63,611 bases of DNA, filler included, from Octopus bimaculoides (GCF_001194135.2; 6 parts of 4 records of this genome joined end to end with filler, not necessarily neighbours in it), one strand, 5' to 3'. Positions 26,499 to 40,050 are shown, counted from the first letter of the whole stretch. The notes: generated by a model not told the origin, from the sequence alone. A program made the numbers and translations.

Positions 26499-27354
26499 AT
26501 GAGATATATATATGTATATATGTATATATATATATATGTATATATGTATATATATATANNNNNNNNNNNNNNNNNNNNNNNNNNNNNNNNNNNNNNNNNN
26601 NNNNNNNNNNNNNNNNNNNNNNNNNNNNNNNNNNNNNNNNNNNNNNNNNNNNNNNNNNNNNNNNNNNNNNNNNNNNNNNNNNNNNNNNNNNNNNNNNNNN
26701 NNNNNNNNNNNNNNNNNNNNNNNNNNNNNNNNNNNNNNNNNNNNNNNNNNNNNNNNNNNNNNNNNNNNNNNNNNNNNNNNNNNNNNNNNNNNNNNNNNNN
26801 NNNNNNNNNNNNNNNNNNNNNNNNNNNNNNNNNNNNNNNNNNNNNNNNNNNNNNNNNNNNNNNNNNNNNNNNNNNNNNNNNNNNNNNNNNNNNNNNNNNN
26901 NNNNNNNNNNNNNNNNNNNNNNNNNNNNNNNNNNNNNNNNNNNNNNNNNNNNNNNNNNNNNNNNNNNNNNNNNNNNNNNNNNNNNNNNNNNNNNNNNNNN
27001 NNNNNNNNNNNNNNNNNNNNNNNNNNNNNNNNNNNNNNNNNNNNNNNNNNNNNNNNNNNNNNNNNNNNNNNNNNNNNNNNNNNNNNNNNNNNNNNNNNNN
27101 NNNNNNNNNNNNNNNNNNNNNNNNNNNNNNNNNNNNNNNNNNNNNNNNNNNNNNNNNNNNNNNNNNNNNNNNNNNNNNNNNNNNNNNNNNNNNNNNNNNN
27201 NNNNNNNNNNNNNNNNNNNNNNNNNNNNNNNNNNNNNNNNNNNNNNNNNNNNNNNNNNNNNNNNNNNNNNNNNNNNNNNNNNNNNNNNNNNNNNNNNNNN
27301 NNNNNNNNNNNNNNNNNNNNNNNNNNNNNNNNNNNNNNNNNNNNNNNNNNNNNN

Positions 27355-27355
<1 letters not shown>

Positions 27356-27412
<57 letters not shown>

Positions 27413-27640
27413 CCTGAAGGGAAGCAGATAGGTTGTTATATATTCGGAGTTTATAATAAATTACTTCAAAAGAAAACAAACTGAACTGAATGAAGGAGTA
27501 ATGGCATGGCGGTGAAGGTGATGATTGGTGGTGGTGGTGGTGGTGATGGTAATGACAGTGGTGGTGGTGGTGACGGTGGGTACTGCTGTTGTTGTTGTTG
27601 CTATTGTAATTGTTGTTGGTGGTGGTGGTGATAGTGGCAG
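27356..27640. repeat. (AAT)n tract and degenerate GGT/GTT trinucleotide tract
   Basis: Direct tandem repeats at 27356-27410 and ~27510-27640. Confidence 0.85.
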
Positions 27641-27800
27641 TCATAGAGAAGGTCTGTAGAGGCATGAAGTTGTATGAATGGGTTCTTCAGACATTTGGTA
27701 TGGGCTATTTTGGGGGACTGATTTAATTTTGTGTATTAAAAATAAGCAAGCATTCATATCTATCCCCTTGATGTGTGTATATCTACATGTGTATATACAC

Positions 27801-27838
<38 letters not shown>

Positions 27839-28440
27839 ATACACAAACACTAACACTTGTACATTTCTATTCACATGCATACTAATTCATACATACACCC
27901 ATACAACACACAGTTTTTCACATATATATTTATTACACATACACATGCATGTATATATGTATATAGAAACAAAACATATGATGATAAAATAAATAGTGAT
28001 GTTACCTAGGGAACTCATTCTACAGCAGTAATGCCACTACTGTTGTATGTCAGTGTCTGAAGTTGGTGCTTTCATAATACTGCTGTTGATGATAGTGCTG
28101 CTGTTGATGATGGTGCTGTTGCTGCTGCTGAAAATCTGTTTATTTTAAGCTTCATGGCTCTCAACTGCAATATATCAGGAATCAACTGCAGCCCTTCATC
28201 CCACTGTGACAAACCAACCAATGGAAGAATATGGTTTATTGTGCAATAGGTGAAGATTTTTCCCTTTATTGGAAATTGGATTGCTTCTCGTAAAGCATTC
28301 CTCCTGACTTTCTGGAACCACTTCTTCTCTTCCAACCCCGTCCGTAACCCAAAACAAAACAAAACAAAAAACAAAGCAAAACAAAACAAAAAAAAAACTG
28401 ATCTTTCAGGCCCTTAAAATGAATAAACGAAAGAAAACTC

Positions 28441-28483
<43 letters not shown>

Positions 28484-30608
28484 TAATGATAGTAATGTAG
28501 TTAAACCAAACAAATAAATAACACCTATGTTTTAAGTAAAACTGATGAAGAGAAGGGTTTGTTTCATGAAACACAAGTGAACTGAACTTGAAAGAGAGAT
28601 GATAGGAACATTGTCTTTGTAGCATGTGTTTACAGAGTTTCATTGCAGATGAGCTAATGAAATGCATCTCTATTGGGTGTACTGGTTACTTCATAGCACA
28701 GATGAGAAAGTAGGGGAGGAGGAGAGTGAGTAATGGCTGGCTGCAATAATAACGAAAATAGCTGTTGTAAGTTATATATATAATGGTTACTGGGGTTGAA
28801 GGGAGGCCAAAGACATTTCAGATTATGAATGAAGCAGTTAGATTGGATCTGAGAGTAAGCAAGGCACATATAAAGCATCTTTCAAATGAAAAGTAAAAGT
28901 GGAGAAAGCTTGTCATGATCTTTCAACCAACCCTGATTGACATGGTTATATATATGAATAACAAAACATCCTATGATGAAGGTGATAAATTAATCTATTT
29001 TGTGTTTTCGACTAATTTTTGTATCTCGATTCTTCCTTGCAATAATGTGATCATAAAAATCATCACTACAGTTCACATGATGTTACCGAACTTCTTTCTT
29101 ACATTTACTATGACAACAGGTTTAGCGAAACTAATCCTACTCAGTGATGATATAAAATCACAGTATTGAATGAAGTGATAATGGGGAAAATGGGCTCGAT
29201 GTTCAGATGAATTGATTTACTCAAAAAAAAACCCATCGGCATCTTTACAGATTGTGATATCAGTTTGGCATATTCTTAAACTATAAACTATTGTAACTTT
29301 GGCTTATATTTAAGAATTGGTTCATTATTTATGGGGTTCTCTATTGTTATTTTATCTGATATTTGTACAACCCATCTTTTGCTTTCCCCCACCCCCCCTG
29401 GAAAACTCTCTATCACACATTATTCAACAGGAGGATTATCTTGTGATTAAGGAAACACATTCAGACTTGGTATTAGGCTGGTAGGGTTTACAGAAAGGAT
29501 TTTTGGAATGCATTTCAGCTGTTTTTACTTTAATTAGAAGGAGACTAAAGATAGGCGTATGCAAAAGATAACATTTTATTTGTGGAGACAAAACAGAAAG
29601 CATGGAGCCAATGGAGCTTGATGGGCAAATGGATTGTAGAACAATGTCTGTTTGTATTTATTACATACACACAAGTGTTAAAATACATCTATTATCTAAG
29701 TTTAAGAATAACAGTGAAACATTAACTGCTAGAGTGTCTTTCTACTAAAGCTAGAATCAAATTTATTGTGAAGATGAAGTTGATTAGGACATCAAACGAT
29801 ATACATGCATATATACATGATGTGAACATTTTTGTTCCCTTTGTCTCAGATGTTCTTTTCCTATGGCATATAAACTTATCCAAGTTTCAAGCACTTCACT
29901 ATCTGTCTATCTGTCTGTCCTTCTATGTGTGTGTCTAGTGAATCAAATCCAATCTCCTGTTTTGCTGGTATTTCTGTTTCTTTTTTTTTACTCCCACAAG
30001 GTGATGACTATGATGAGAAAATTTGCTTGGTAATCATATATAATTCTGGGCTTAAGTGAGTGTAACTGAGTTGCTAGAATATGTGGAAGCCTGTTAGATG
30101 ACCACTGCCTGTTCTTTGATAGTAATCTATTGTTCAGTTTTACACTACTACTTGGTACCTGGCTACTTTTATTAGAGTGTACTCTGTTGTAAGCTTTCAG
30201 AGCAAGTCTCTGTTGAAAGATAACTTTCTGTCTTCTTTCTACAAATTTGAGTCCCTGAAAATAGTTGTGAGCACTATCCCTTCCACTGCTAACTAAGTCA
30301 TTAAAAAAAAAAGAATGAAATTAACTTCCAAGTAAAATTTGGAATTAGATCAGTGATGTTCTAAATTTGGGCTGCTCATACAATAGCTGCACTGATGTGC
30401 CAAACTTATTCTGTACATTTCTTTAGGGCATTAATAATAATAACAGAGATGATTCTAGCTGGAAATGAAACTGTTTTGTGGTCTTTATTGTTTCAAAATC
30501 TTACTGATGTACCATGGATTAAAACCTGAAATAACCAGTACTACTTGTGGAAATTTCATGGTTATTTTGAAAGTATAAAACTGTTGGAAGCTTATTGAGA
30601 ACTATAAA

Positions 30609-30659
<51 letters not shown>

Positions 30660-31562
30660 CGCCATTGAGAGTTGTTGTCATTTTTATCTTTGAACTGTAT
30701 CAAAAAGTGGTTGCATTCTACTTATTGTCCATGATTAAAATTATTTTTAAAAGTGTTTTGAAATAATTATGTATATAAATATCACTTTAAGCAACTTAAA
30801 ACTATGGTATGATATTGAAGACATAATCTAACTATATCATTATTCTGCAATGTCTGACTGTATTTAATCAATATTTGATAAACCAGCTCACGTTTCTGCT
30901 CACTAATAACAAACTCAATGTCCTACTTGTTTTCTAATCCTGACAAAGATATTTTTGTATGAAATTATGTTTAAAATAAAAGTATTTTACCTGGTTTACA
31001 TATTCTAAGTAAAAAAAGTCATTGCTCCCTCAAACACTCAGCATTTTCTTGTAGCACCCTCTTAACATTTGCACTGTTGTGTGAGCTCAAAGTTCTACCT
31101 TTCAAGGATTGCTACTGCTTATATTAAGAACCACTGCCATAGACCATTGCAGAATACTATAGAAGATATAATCCTGTTAATCAAATAAAGTTGATTTTCT
31201 GAGTAATGTTGCGACTTTCAAGTTCAGTGAAACATGTACCCAAATACTAATAGAATATTAGAGCTAAATCAATTAACATTTGAATTTGTGCCTATTCGGG
31301 TAATTCTCCTGAGAGGAAAATGAGTTATAGTGGTAATATTTCTTATGATAAATAAAAGTGACAATAAGCAACTAGGTTTGATAGAATAGTAAAACCCTTT
31401 TAGTGTTTACTGTTTTTAGCTTTTACTTAGCCATTACTTCTGTTTTTGTCTGTGTCCTCTGTGCCATAGAAGCTCCCCAACAAAATGTTTACAAGACACC
31501 AGCCTGTTCATCATCATATAAAGTTGTTTAAATTTTCAATTACAAACAAATTCATATGCACA

Positions 31563-31728
31563 CAGGCTTTTTTTCAGTTTCTGTCTATTAAATGCACTCA
31601 CAAGGCTATGATCACCTTGAGGCTATAGCAGAAGATACTTGCTGAAGGTTCCACACAGTGGAACTGAACTTGGAACCTGGAACCGTGTGGTTGGGAAGTA
31701 AACTTCTTACCACACAGCTATGCCTGTG
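31563..31728 (-). mobile_element. SINE family A, 5' half, CpG-decayed
   Basis: Reverse complement of the family A head with most CG replaced by TG/CA. Confidence 0.78.
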
Positions 31729-31948
31729 CAATAAACAAACAAACCAAAAAAAAAACCTTGTAATTAGGGATCTTACAGCAAACTAGATTGTAAGAACACC
31801 AACAATTATATAAGTCCATTTATATAAAATTATTGTTGGAGAAGCAGGAGACCAGGAAAAGGAAAAATACATACAGGAACTACAAAACTTATACATCACA
31901 ACCATTCCAGTTGATATCAAGCATTTTACTTAGGTATACTATTAAAGC

Positions 31949-32336
31949 GTGGAGGCGCAATGGCCCAGTGGTTAGGGCAGCGGACTCGCGGTCATAAGAT
32001 CGCAGTTACGATTCCCAGACCGGGCGTTGTGAGTGTTTATTGAGCGAAAACACTTAAAGCTCCACGAGGTTCCGGCAGGGGATGGTAGCGAACCCTGCTG
32101 TACTCTTCCACCACAACTTTCTCACACTCTTACTTCCTGTTTCTGTTGTGCCTGTAATTCAAAGGGTCAGCCTTGTCACACTGTGTCACTCTGAATATCC
32201 CCGAGAACTACGTTAAGGGTACATGTGTCTGTGGAGTGCTCAGCCACTTGCACGTTAATTTTACGAGCAGGCTGTTCCATTGATTGGATCAACTGGAACC
32301 CTCGACGTCGTAAGCGATGGAGTGCCAACAACAGCA
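31949..32336 (+). mobile_element. SINE family C, full length, with TSD
   Basis: A and B boxes present; TSD actattaaag at 31938-31947 and 32337-32346. CpGs largely intact. Confidence 0.92.
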
Positions 32337-32823
32337 ACTATTAAAGTGCTTCTAGTAACTAACTATAATAATAATGAAAATCATCCGATTCACACCGTTC
32401 TTGGTATTGATGTCATTACTACATAGACATATGTGTTAGGTGTAATGTATCCTACATGCATAGCATATTCCTCAGTGCTTTTATTTTATGCATTACCATT
32501 CTCTCTTCTTGCCAGGTAATTCTTGAAAAATTGTAGTTTGTTTTCTCTTGAAATATAACATACATACTTCAGACATTACTAATTTTAGGCTTCTCCATTT
32601 ATTTTCTGCTGGTGTTTGTACATGTATGCGTCTCAAAGAGTGCCTGAGAGTACATGTATATGTAGTGTGTGTGTGTGTGTGTGCACGCACGTGTGCACGC
32701 ACGTGTGCACGTGTGTGTATATGTGTATAAACACATTTCCTCATGTGTGCACACACACACACACACATTTAAACATGCACACAATCTGAGTATATGCGTA
32801 TGTATAAAAACACACACATGCAA

Positions 32824-32854
<31 letters not shown>

Positions 32855-32855
32855 T

Positions 32856-32913
<58 letters not shown>

Positions 32914-33406
32914 TGGGGGTAAGAAAACTAACATTTGAATATTGAAAATATAAACAAAGCCTACAGCTTGGAAAACAGGATTTTAAATCTATTAACCCTG
33001 TTTATCACTAGCAGGTAAGAGTTTGATGTGCAAATAATCTTTATATTCTCATGCCTAGTTGATGTTGAGGTTAAAATATTAAGCATGAAACATTCCAAAT
33101 GTCTGTATTCTGGCCTTGAACTGTGAACTTTTAAATGTTTTTAACATTGACTTTTCGTGAGAAGATGAAGTTTATTCACACATTGATCCCTTAGTTGCTG
33201 ATGATAATTGGGGATAATAGATTTAAAAATCCATTTTCCAGCCTGCAGACTTTGTTTATATTTCTCAGATATTATTATGCTCTACAGATTATTTTATAAT
33301 ATAATATATTTCATACTGTAAATATTTTGTTTTATAATNNNNNNNNNNGTAAATATTTTGTTTTATAATTTGAGTTTTTTAATGTATATATATAAAAAAA
33401 ATAATG

Positions 33407-33441
<35 letters not shown>

Positions 33442-33569
33442 TAAATCTGCCTTCACAGAATTTTGTTTGATTTGCACAAGCCTGGAAGAGCAGACATTAA
33501 AATGATATAAAAAGGTAGAGAGAAAGAGAGAGAATGTGGAAGTTAGGTTAACAATGAGTATTGCTTGTT

Positions 33570-33790
33570 AATGAACTACAAAACCAAGATGTCTTTGTAA
33601 CCCAGTGGATGGTTTGCAACTTCTACAACAAATATTACATAAATGTCTCTTCTCAGTTAAATGCAATGCAGAATCACAATAATTGGCATTGAAAACACAT
33701 CTTTTCAGGCTATCAAGAGAAGGACAACATTTATTGCAGGTTTGGCTGACATGTTCTGTTTGATGGTTGACATATTTTGTTTTCAAAGTT
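33570..33790 (-). mobile_element. RTE LINE extreme 3' end (C2H2-like tail), decayed
   Basis: Minus ORF ends HLCNICCRSCKPSTGLQRHL, matching the CxxCxRxCxSxxGLxSH motif at BovB/RTE ORF ends. Confidence 0.6.
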
Positions 33791-33804
33791 TTGCACAAGG
33801 CCAG

Positions 33805-33995
33805 CAATTTCAGGGGAGGGTGTAAGTTGATTACATTGACCTCAGTGTTTGACTGGTACTTATTTTATTGATACTGAAAGGATGAAAGGCAAAGCTGATC
33901 CTGGTAGCATTTGAACTCAGAATGTGAAATGGGAAGAAATGCCACTAAACAGTTTGTCTGGCTTGGTAATGATTCTGCCAGCTTGCTGCCTTAGA
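33805..33995 (-). mobile_element. SINE family B, CpG-decayed
   Basis: gccagcaatttc..gattacattgacctcagtg..ctggtacttattttattga..aaggatgaaaggcaaag..atttgaactcagaatg..gattctgccagcttgctgcctta. Confidence 0.85.
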
Positions 33996-34286
33996 TTGTG
34001 AGGATATATTACCAGTTTGTTTTGGTTCATATACCCTTGAGTGACTAACAAAACCAGCTCTCAGAAAGTCATTCATACTCAGTTTCAAGTTGAACATTTA
34101 AAGGAATTATTGATATTTATAGAGGTTTCCTTTCCTAGGGTCATATTTCAGTTTGGCATGTTTAAAGCAATTAATTCCTTTCAAAATGCTTGGGCACATT
34201 AAGTATATTTTTTCTTAATCATTTCCTACCAATTGCAATTTTTTCTCCAGCTTCCTATATGATCGTAACCCTTTGTTCAAATTTAA

Positions 34287-34505
34287 CCCTTCGACATTTA
34301 AACTGGTCATATCCGGTCAAAGTATTCTACCTGTTTTAAGTTCAAACTGGCCAGACTCCTCCCCTCACACCTATCATACAATGTCATTCTAAAAATATCA
34401 TTCTGATCATCCAAATCTCATAGCTACAAAATTATGCAAGATTAATTGAAAACAATGTGAATGAATATGTATTACATTTGACAGAGTAAACTGAATGCTG
34501 ATGGG
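34287..34505. mobile_element. piggyBac-type MITE, 219 bp
   Basis: TTAA (34283-34286) cccttcgacatt ... aatgctgatggg TTAA (34506-34509). Confidence 0.82.
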
Positions 34506-34529
34506 TTAAAGCTTGTTTTGGTATCTTTA

Positions 34530-34830
34530 CTTCAGTTTGTAAGAAGGTCTTTTTCTCCTCCAACAACACAATTCTCCATAGAGTAGATGCTTTGGAATTC
34601 TTTCAGCTTCCCTATACATTGTAAGAGAGCTTCTGTGCTTACAGCACTTGCAAACTCCAAGGTTCCAACATCTAACTGAGATATATACATGTTTTATTGA
34701 AGACAGTTAAACTGAAGATGCATGACATATTTTGATGATGATTCAGTTGTACCCCAGTTTGGATTCATTGTTGTCAAAAGATAAGTCTTCTGTAGAATAT
34801 GAAAAATTTCCATACATTGTGTGTTGAAAT
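34530..34830 (-). mobile_element. RTE LINE post-RT fragment, decayed
   Basis: Minus translation includes LEFASAVSTEALLQ and MYREAERIPKHLLYGELCCWRRKRPSYKLK (RTE consensus RIPKxLLYGEL..GxRxxGRP). Collinear with 33570-33790. Confidence 0.7.
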
Positions 34831-36621
34831 GCATAGTGGGATAGTGAAATGTTATAAAACATTTAAAATATTAGAAGTTAAGGTCTTGGGGAAGAGGTGA
34901 AAGGTTCACTTATGAAGGCTCTTGGAGGAATAGTTATGTCTGCCTATTGGATATGTGTGTATATGTCCCATATACATGTACAAATATGCACACATGTATG
35001 AAAGAAAGCCCCACTTGGTGTGTATATACAATGCATGTATACACATGAACTCAGTCATATACACAAATGTCTTTTCAAAGAATATTCCCTACCACATACA
35101 TACATGTATCTATGCACATATCCACACATCTACACGTTCTTATATATAATGAATTATTTCAACTCAAGTTTTGAAAGTTTTTTTTTTTCATTCTTTGTTC
35201 TTCTCTTCCATTTCTACATGCTCCCTGCTTAGTTTTATTATGTTTTTGCCAATGAATTTTATTATGTGAAACAAGGAATATTTAATCTGTTTCTTAATAT
35301 TTCCATTTCTGACTTTAATGTGCTTCAAACATTTTACATGAGAAATCTATATGAGAGTACATTTCTGATATGCCCCCCCGCTTGCCTTCCCTTCCACCTC
35401 CTCAAATAAACTGAATGGGGAAGGGGGAAGAGGTTATAATATATCAAAATAATAATTAAAAGGAGAGAAAAAAAAATGCAATTGAACATTCATTGATTAA
35501 TGAGAGAAATATTTTCATAACTGATTCAGAACTTGCAATTCGTCCAATGTAAATTATCATTTCGAAAGAAATTGGTTTCTGTCATTTGTGATTATATTTT
35601 GTCTGCTTTAAAATGTTAATAGCCTTCAAATAATTAATTTTGTTTTTATTGCTTTATTATTATTGTTTCTCTTGTAAAATCTTTTAAAATAATTATTATA
35701 TAATAATAATACTAACAAGAAAAATAACAACAACAACAGCAATAATAATAATAAATAACAAATTAAGAGAATTAAAATGAAAAATATAATTGTCAAAAGT
35801 TAATTCCTTTACAAAAATGTTTTATAGTAAATTTTGTTTCACTTTTATGACTGCTATTGCAGTATTTGCCTTTGCTTTAAATGAATCCCCCATCCTCCGA
35901 CATCCCGAAATATTATTGAATTATTTTGATAGATTACAACATTTGTTTGTTTGGTGTGATATAGAAGGGGGTAAAATAAATGTCACATTGGTGAAGTAGA
36001 TAGAATCTTAGCTTGTTTGGTTAAAGGATTAGCAACAGACATGTTGTTTACTGGTTTTAATATGTTACATTTTTATTTTCACCTTTTATATAATATGGTT
36101 AGTTATGAAGATGCTAATTGATAAACAGGGAGAAAAGGAAGAATTATGTTCCATGCTCATCATCAAAGCCATTTAGGATGACTTTCCCCATTAGCATGAA
36201 GTGGATGGTATTATAGCTTTATATCTATTAAATGAGTCTGATAAAGTTGTTAAAGATGGTTGCTATAGGACTAGTAGTACAAATACTATGATGATTAACT
36301 AATTTTCTTTATCCTCCCTGTACCCCTTCCCTCTATCTGTGGCTGCTCATTACATTCTCCCTCCATCTCCCACTTGTCTTTTGCAATCTTGTGAACACAT
36401 CCACCCACTCACCCTCTCTTATCCCTGGTCAACTTATCTCTATATTCACCTCCCTGTAATTTGGGTATCTGGCTCCTGCCCTCTCCCCATCACATATTCA
36501 CTGTCTTCTCTCTCTCTCCTCTCTCTTCACCTGAGGTAGCCATGTCTCTCTTCTAATGCAAGATACCTTTTCTGTTCCTCTGTAATTACTCTCTCCTCCT
36601 CCTCCCTCTGCCCTACTATCA

Positions 36622-36890
36622 ATTGAGGTGTTTATGTCCTGCAAGTTACTTGGTAACCTCACTGCTACCAGTGCCACATAAAAAGTATTAGTGCACTCTA
36701 TAAGGTGGTTGGCATTAAGAAGGGCATCCAGGAGTAGAAACCATGCCAAAGCAAGCAGTAGAGCTCACAAGTCTTCTGACTTGCCGGTTCCTGTCAAACC
36801 ATCCAGCCCATGCCAGCATGGAAAACCAACATTAAATGATGATGATGGTGGTGATGGTGATGGTGGTGGTGGTGATGATGATGATGATGA
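36622..36890 (+). mobile_element. SINE family E (V-SINE-like tail), CpG-decayed, with (GAT/GGT)n tail
   Basis: ggtggttggcattaagaagggcatccag..agaaaccatgccaaa..gtcaaaccatccagcccatgccagcatggaaaaccaacattaaatgatgatg. Confidence 0.75.
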
Positions 36891-37654
36891 TATAAAAAAA
36901 AAACTGGCATGGATATTAATGTGTCATGCATGTCATTTGAAGGGACAAGTCCATAGCTGTTTTGTTTTTTACGACTGGAAAGATAACAAAACAAAAAAAG
37001 GCAAGTAGTCCAGTAGATGTCACTTATTTAGTTTGATGAGGACACAACTGTATTTCTCATTACACTTTCTCAGTATTTCCTAATTTAACTCATTACATTC
37101 TATTTCGGTATTTCCTAACACTTTTTTTTTTAAAGTTATACCATCTGTGATAAACAAGATGAATCAGCCAGCATTCTTCCTTAAATCTTCTGTAGTAGTT
37201 TTCAAAAGTAGATGCAGTTCAATTTTTGTATTCCCAGCATCCCTAAAAGAAATTTTGGTACCCTAGGTTGGGAAAACACTGCTCTATTGCTTATGGTTTT
37301 CTCGGTCTTTCAATTCAGTGATTCAAAGAAATGAAAACATCAATGCTGAAGCTTTTATCTTCCAAGTTTTCCAAATAAACTACTACATAGAATAGGAGGC
37401 TAGAGATAGATATATTTTGCGTTTTGTGTTTGGTTAACAAATCAGATAGTTCATTAAAACAACCTGATTAACTTAGCTGGTAACTCCTGCTTTCTTCATT
37501 TTATTTATTTGCATCACTAAGTTTTATATTGTTCATAATGTTTGCAGACAGTAAAACAAAATACACAATGAAATATTTTTAAAAAATCAAACAAGAAACA
37601 GTGAGTGGTTTACATGGAGAAAAGGGACAAAATCACTAAAAATAATCCTTTTTT

Positions 37655-37812
37655 TACTATAAGCACAAGGTCTAAAATTTTGTGGAGAGGGAGCTAGTCA
37701 ATTTCATCAACCCCAGTGCTCAACTGGTATTTATTTTTTTATTTTATCGACCCCAAAAAGATGAAAGATAAAGTCGACCATGGCAGAATTTGAAATCAGA
37801 ATGTAAATGCCT
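37655..37812 (-). mobile_element. SINE family B, diverged
   Basis: gcacaaggtctaaaattttg..ccccagtgctcaactggta..ttttatcgaccccaaaaagatgaaag..gaatttgaaatcagaatg. Confidence 0.8.
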
Positions 37813-37849
37813 CTAAGAAATTACCCCACTCCCAAATAAGGAACAACTA

Positions 37850-38500
37850 CATAGGATGATTTTTGGCACCTCCCACGCAACTCCAGGTTATCCTTATACA
37901 CCAAAGCTAAATGTCTTTTCTCAAGTTTTACTCCAGCCTAGTTGATTAATGTGAGTAGGCCCTTATAGTGATATCAGCCTCACCACCCACACCCAACTTT
38001 CATAAAATAAACTGGAAATAAGCACTTTTCTGTAATTTATCCTTTATCTTAAAATGGTACTTAAAAAGTTGATGAGTACTTGACCCGAAGCGGAAAGCTC
38101 TGCTCTTAAACCTTTTGACCATGTCAACTACACAGCTTCCTTCAGTCTACCACCTGGCAGAGGTGTACAACCTGCTTTTCCTTGCCAAAGAAAGGTGATG
38201 AGTTGATTTTTATGGTAAACTAAGCTGATAGCCAGCTCTGTCTTGCATATGGTAAGTATTAGACACAAACCCATAATTATCAATGCACTTACACTAGATG
38301 AATGGTTGCATGCTGAACAGGTTTGTCATCTTGTGCACACCTCACTAATGACTCCACTATGACCAGGCATATAGTTTACCCCAAACAGGCAAAGCTCCCT
38401 GTAACATTGTCAGGTCAAGGCCGTTTGGAAAGTCTTCATTATCCTTAACCTGAAATTTCTCCACAAGAAACTAGTTGGATTGTCCTTGTTGGTGCCCAGA
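37850..38500 (-). mobile_element. Possible highly decayed L1/Tx1-type LINE fragment
   Basis: Broken minus translation includes NQLITFLWQGKSRLY, resembling the Tx1 post-RT FLWxG motif. Many stops. Confidence 0.3.
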
Positions 38501-39505
38501 ATCACATTCAGTCTGTTGTTGCTCCTATTCTCTCCTAATCCTCTTTAGTTCCTCCTCTAATATATTGTTTCATTTTGCTATATAGTTGCTAAAACTGGCA
38601 GATTCTGCTCTAATTTTCCCTTAGATTTTGACAGATCATTTTACATTTTTTTTTTAAAAAGTAGCACAAAGTTTTCAAAACTATTAGATTATCAGAAAGT
38701 ATTTCAGAATACTAATTTTGAAAGTGAATGAAAAGGGTTTATATAAGGATTGCTTTTAGGTCAGTTCTTATTCAGTTAACCAATAGTTAAATGATATTCA
38801 ATAGAATTCTTATTTATATTCAAAATTAAAATTGTAAAGTAGTAAATAACCCAAATAGAAAAATCAAAATGTTTGCAGTCCTGAAACGTTACTATTCGTA
38901 ACCTAATTTGGCAAGGCACTAATTGCTTCTGTTAATTCCTGCTTAGCAAATAGATTAGCAAATTAGTTGATTTGTTAATCCATTCTCTGAAACCTTTCTA
39001 TGTTAGGAACTATCAGATAGCAGCAACAAAAATAGTAACTTTCCCTATAGTATTTAAACCGTTTCTCCAAATAGACAGTACTTGCTCTATTTATTTAAAA
39101 TCACTAATAGGTCATGATTTCTTTAAGATTAGAAATACTTATTGATTTAATTAATATCATAGCAATAGGTTACAGGTATTTCATTAAATCCAGAGATGTG
39201 TTATAACAAGATTTGAATACACAAACCGAATCATGAAACTAAGCTTCATAAAGTTTGCTGTTTATAACAGCAGATTATTAAAAGCCCTATCTCTACTTCT
39301 TTCTACAGGAAATTATTGCAAAATTTTGCTTCCTTTTTCCTATATATATGTCATATTTTCGGTTTGTTATCTTTTTATTTAATCCTGAATATATATATAT
39401 ATATANNNNNNNNNNNNNNNNNNNNNNNNNNNNNNNNNNNNNNNNNNNNTTAATTAATTAANNNNNNNNNNNNNNNNNNNNNNNNNNNNNNNNNNNNNNN
39501 NNNNN

Positions 39506-39541
<36 letters not shown>

Positions 39542-39559
39542 CTGCGCCAGTCGTCAATC

Positions 39560-39625
39560 TACTGCCGCCATGTAGACAAACTTCACAAACGCATTTTCAC
39601 CTCGATTGTTCCTTTTATAGTGGTT
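39560..39625 (-). promoter_or_regulatory. Candidate core promoter: TATAAAAGG followed by ATGGCGGC (YY1-like)
   Basis: Minus strand ccacTATAAAAGGaac (39611-39620), then acATGGCGGCag (39564-39571) about 40 nt downstream. Locally CpG-rich and adjacent to the CpG-depleted domain. Confidence 0.5.
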
Positions 39626-39942
39626 CTTTTTTCGATTTTCCGTCTTTCCTCCACTCTACAGCCTTCCTCCCTCTCTTTTCTTCTTCCTCGCTCTCTGTCT
39701 CAAAATTATTTTATCTGTCTCAGAATTACTTAAAATAACAGGAATTTTCAAGGATGTAATTTCCAACGCAACGTTTTCAGAACAAGTCACTTGGCATGCA
39801 ATTACCAGATGAAAACTGAAAAATATATACAAGTGATATGTCGAACAGATTTATGTGTGAAAATTTAACCTAGTAAAGCGAAATGATACCTCAGGAATTT
39901 ATAAAATAATGACTGAGAGAATATATAAAGTGAAATCATAAC

Positions 39943-40050
<108 letters not shown>

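Noticed and set aside
26406-27665. His/Asn/Thr-rich ORF resembling a transcription-factor low-complexity region
   Set aside because: Built from trinucleotide repeats and a gap; no domain recognised.
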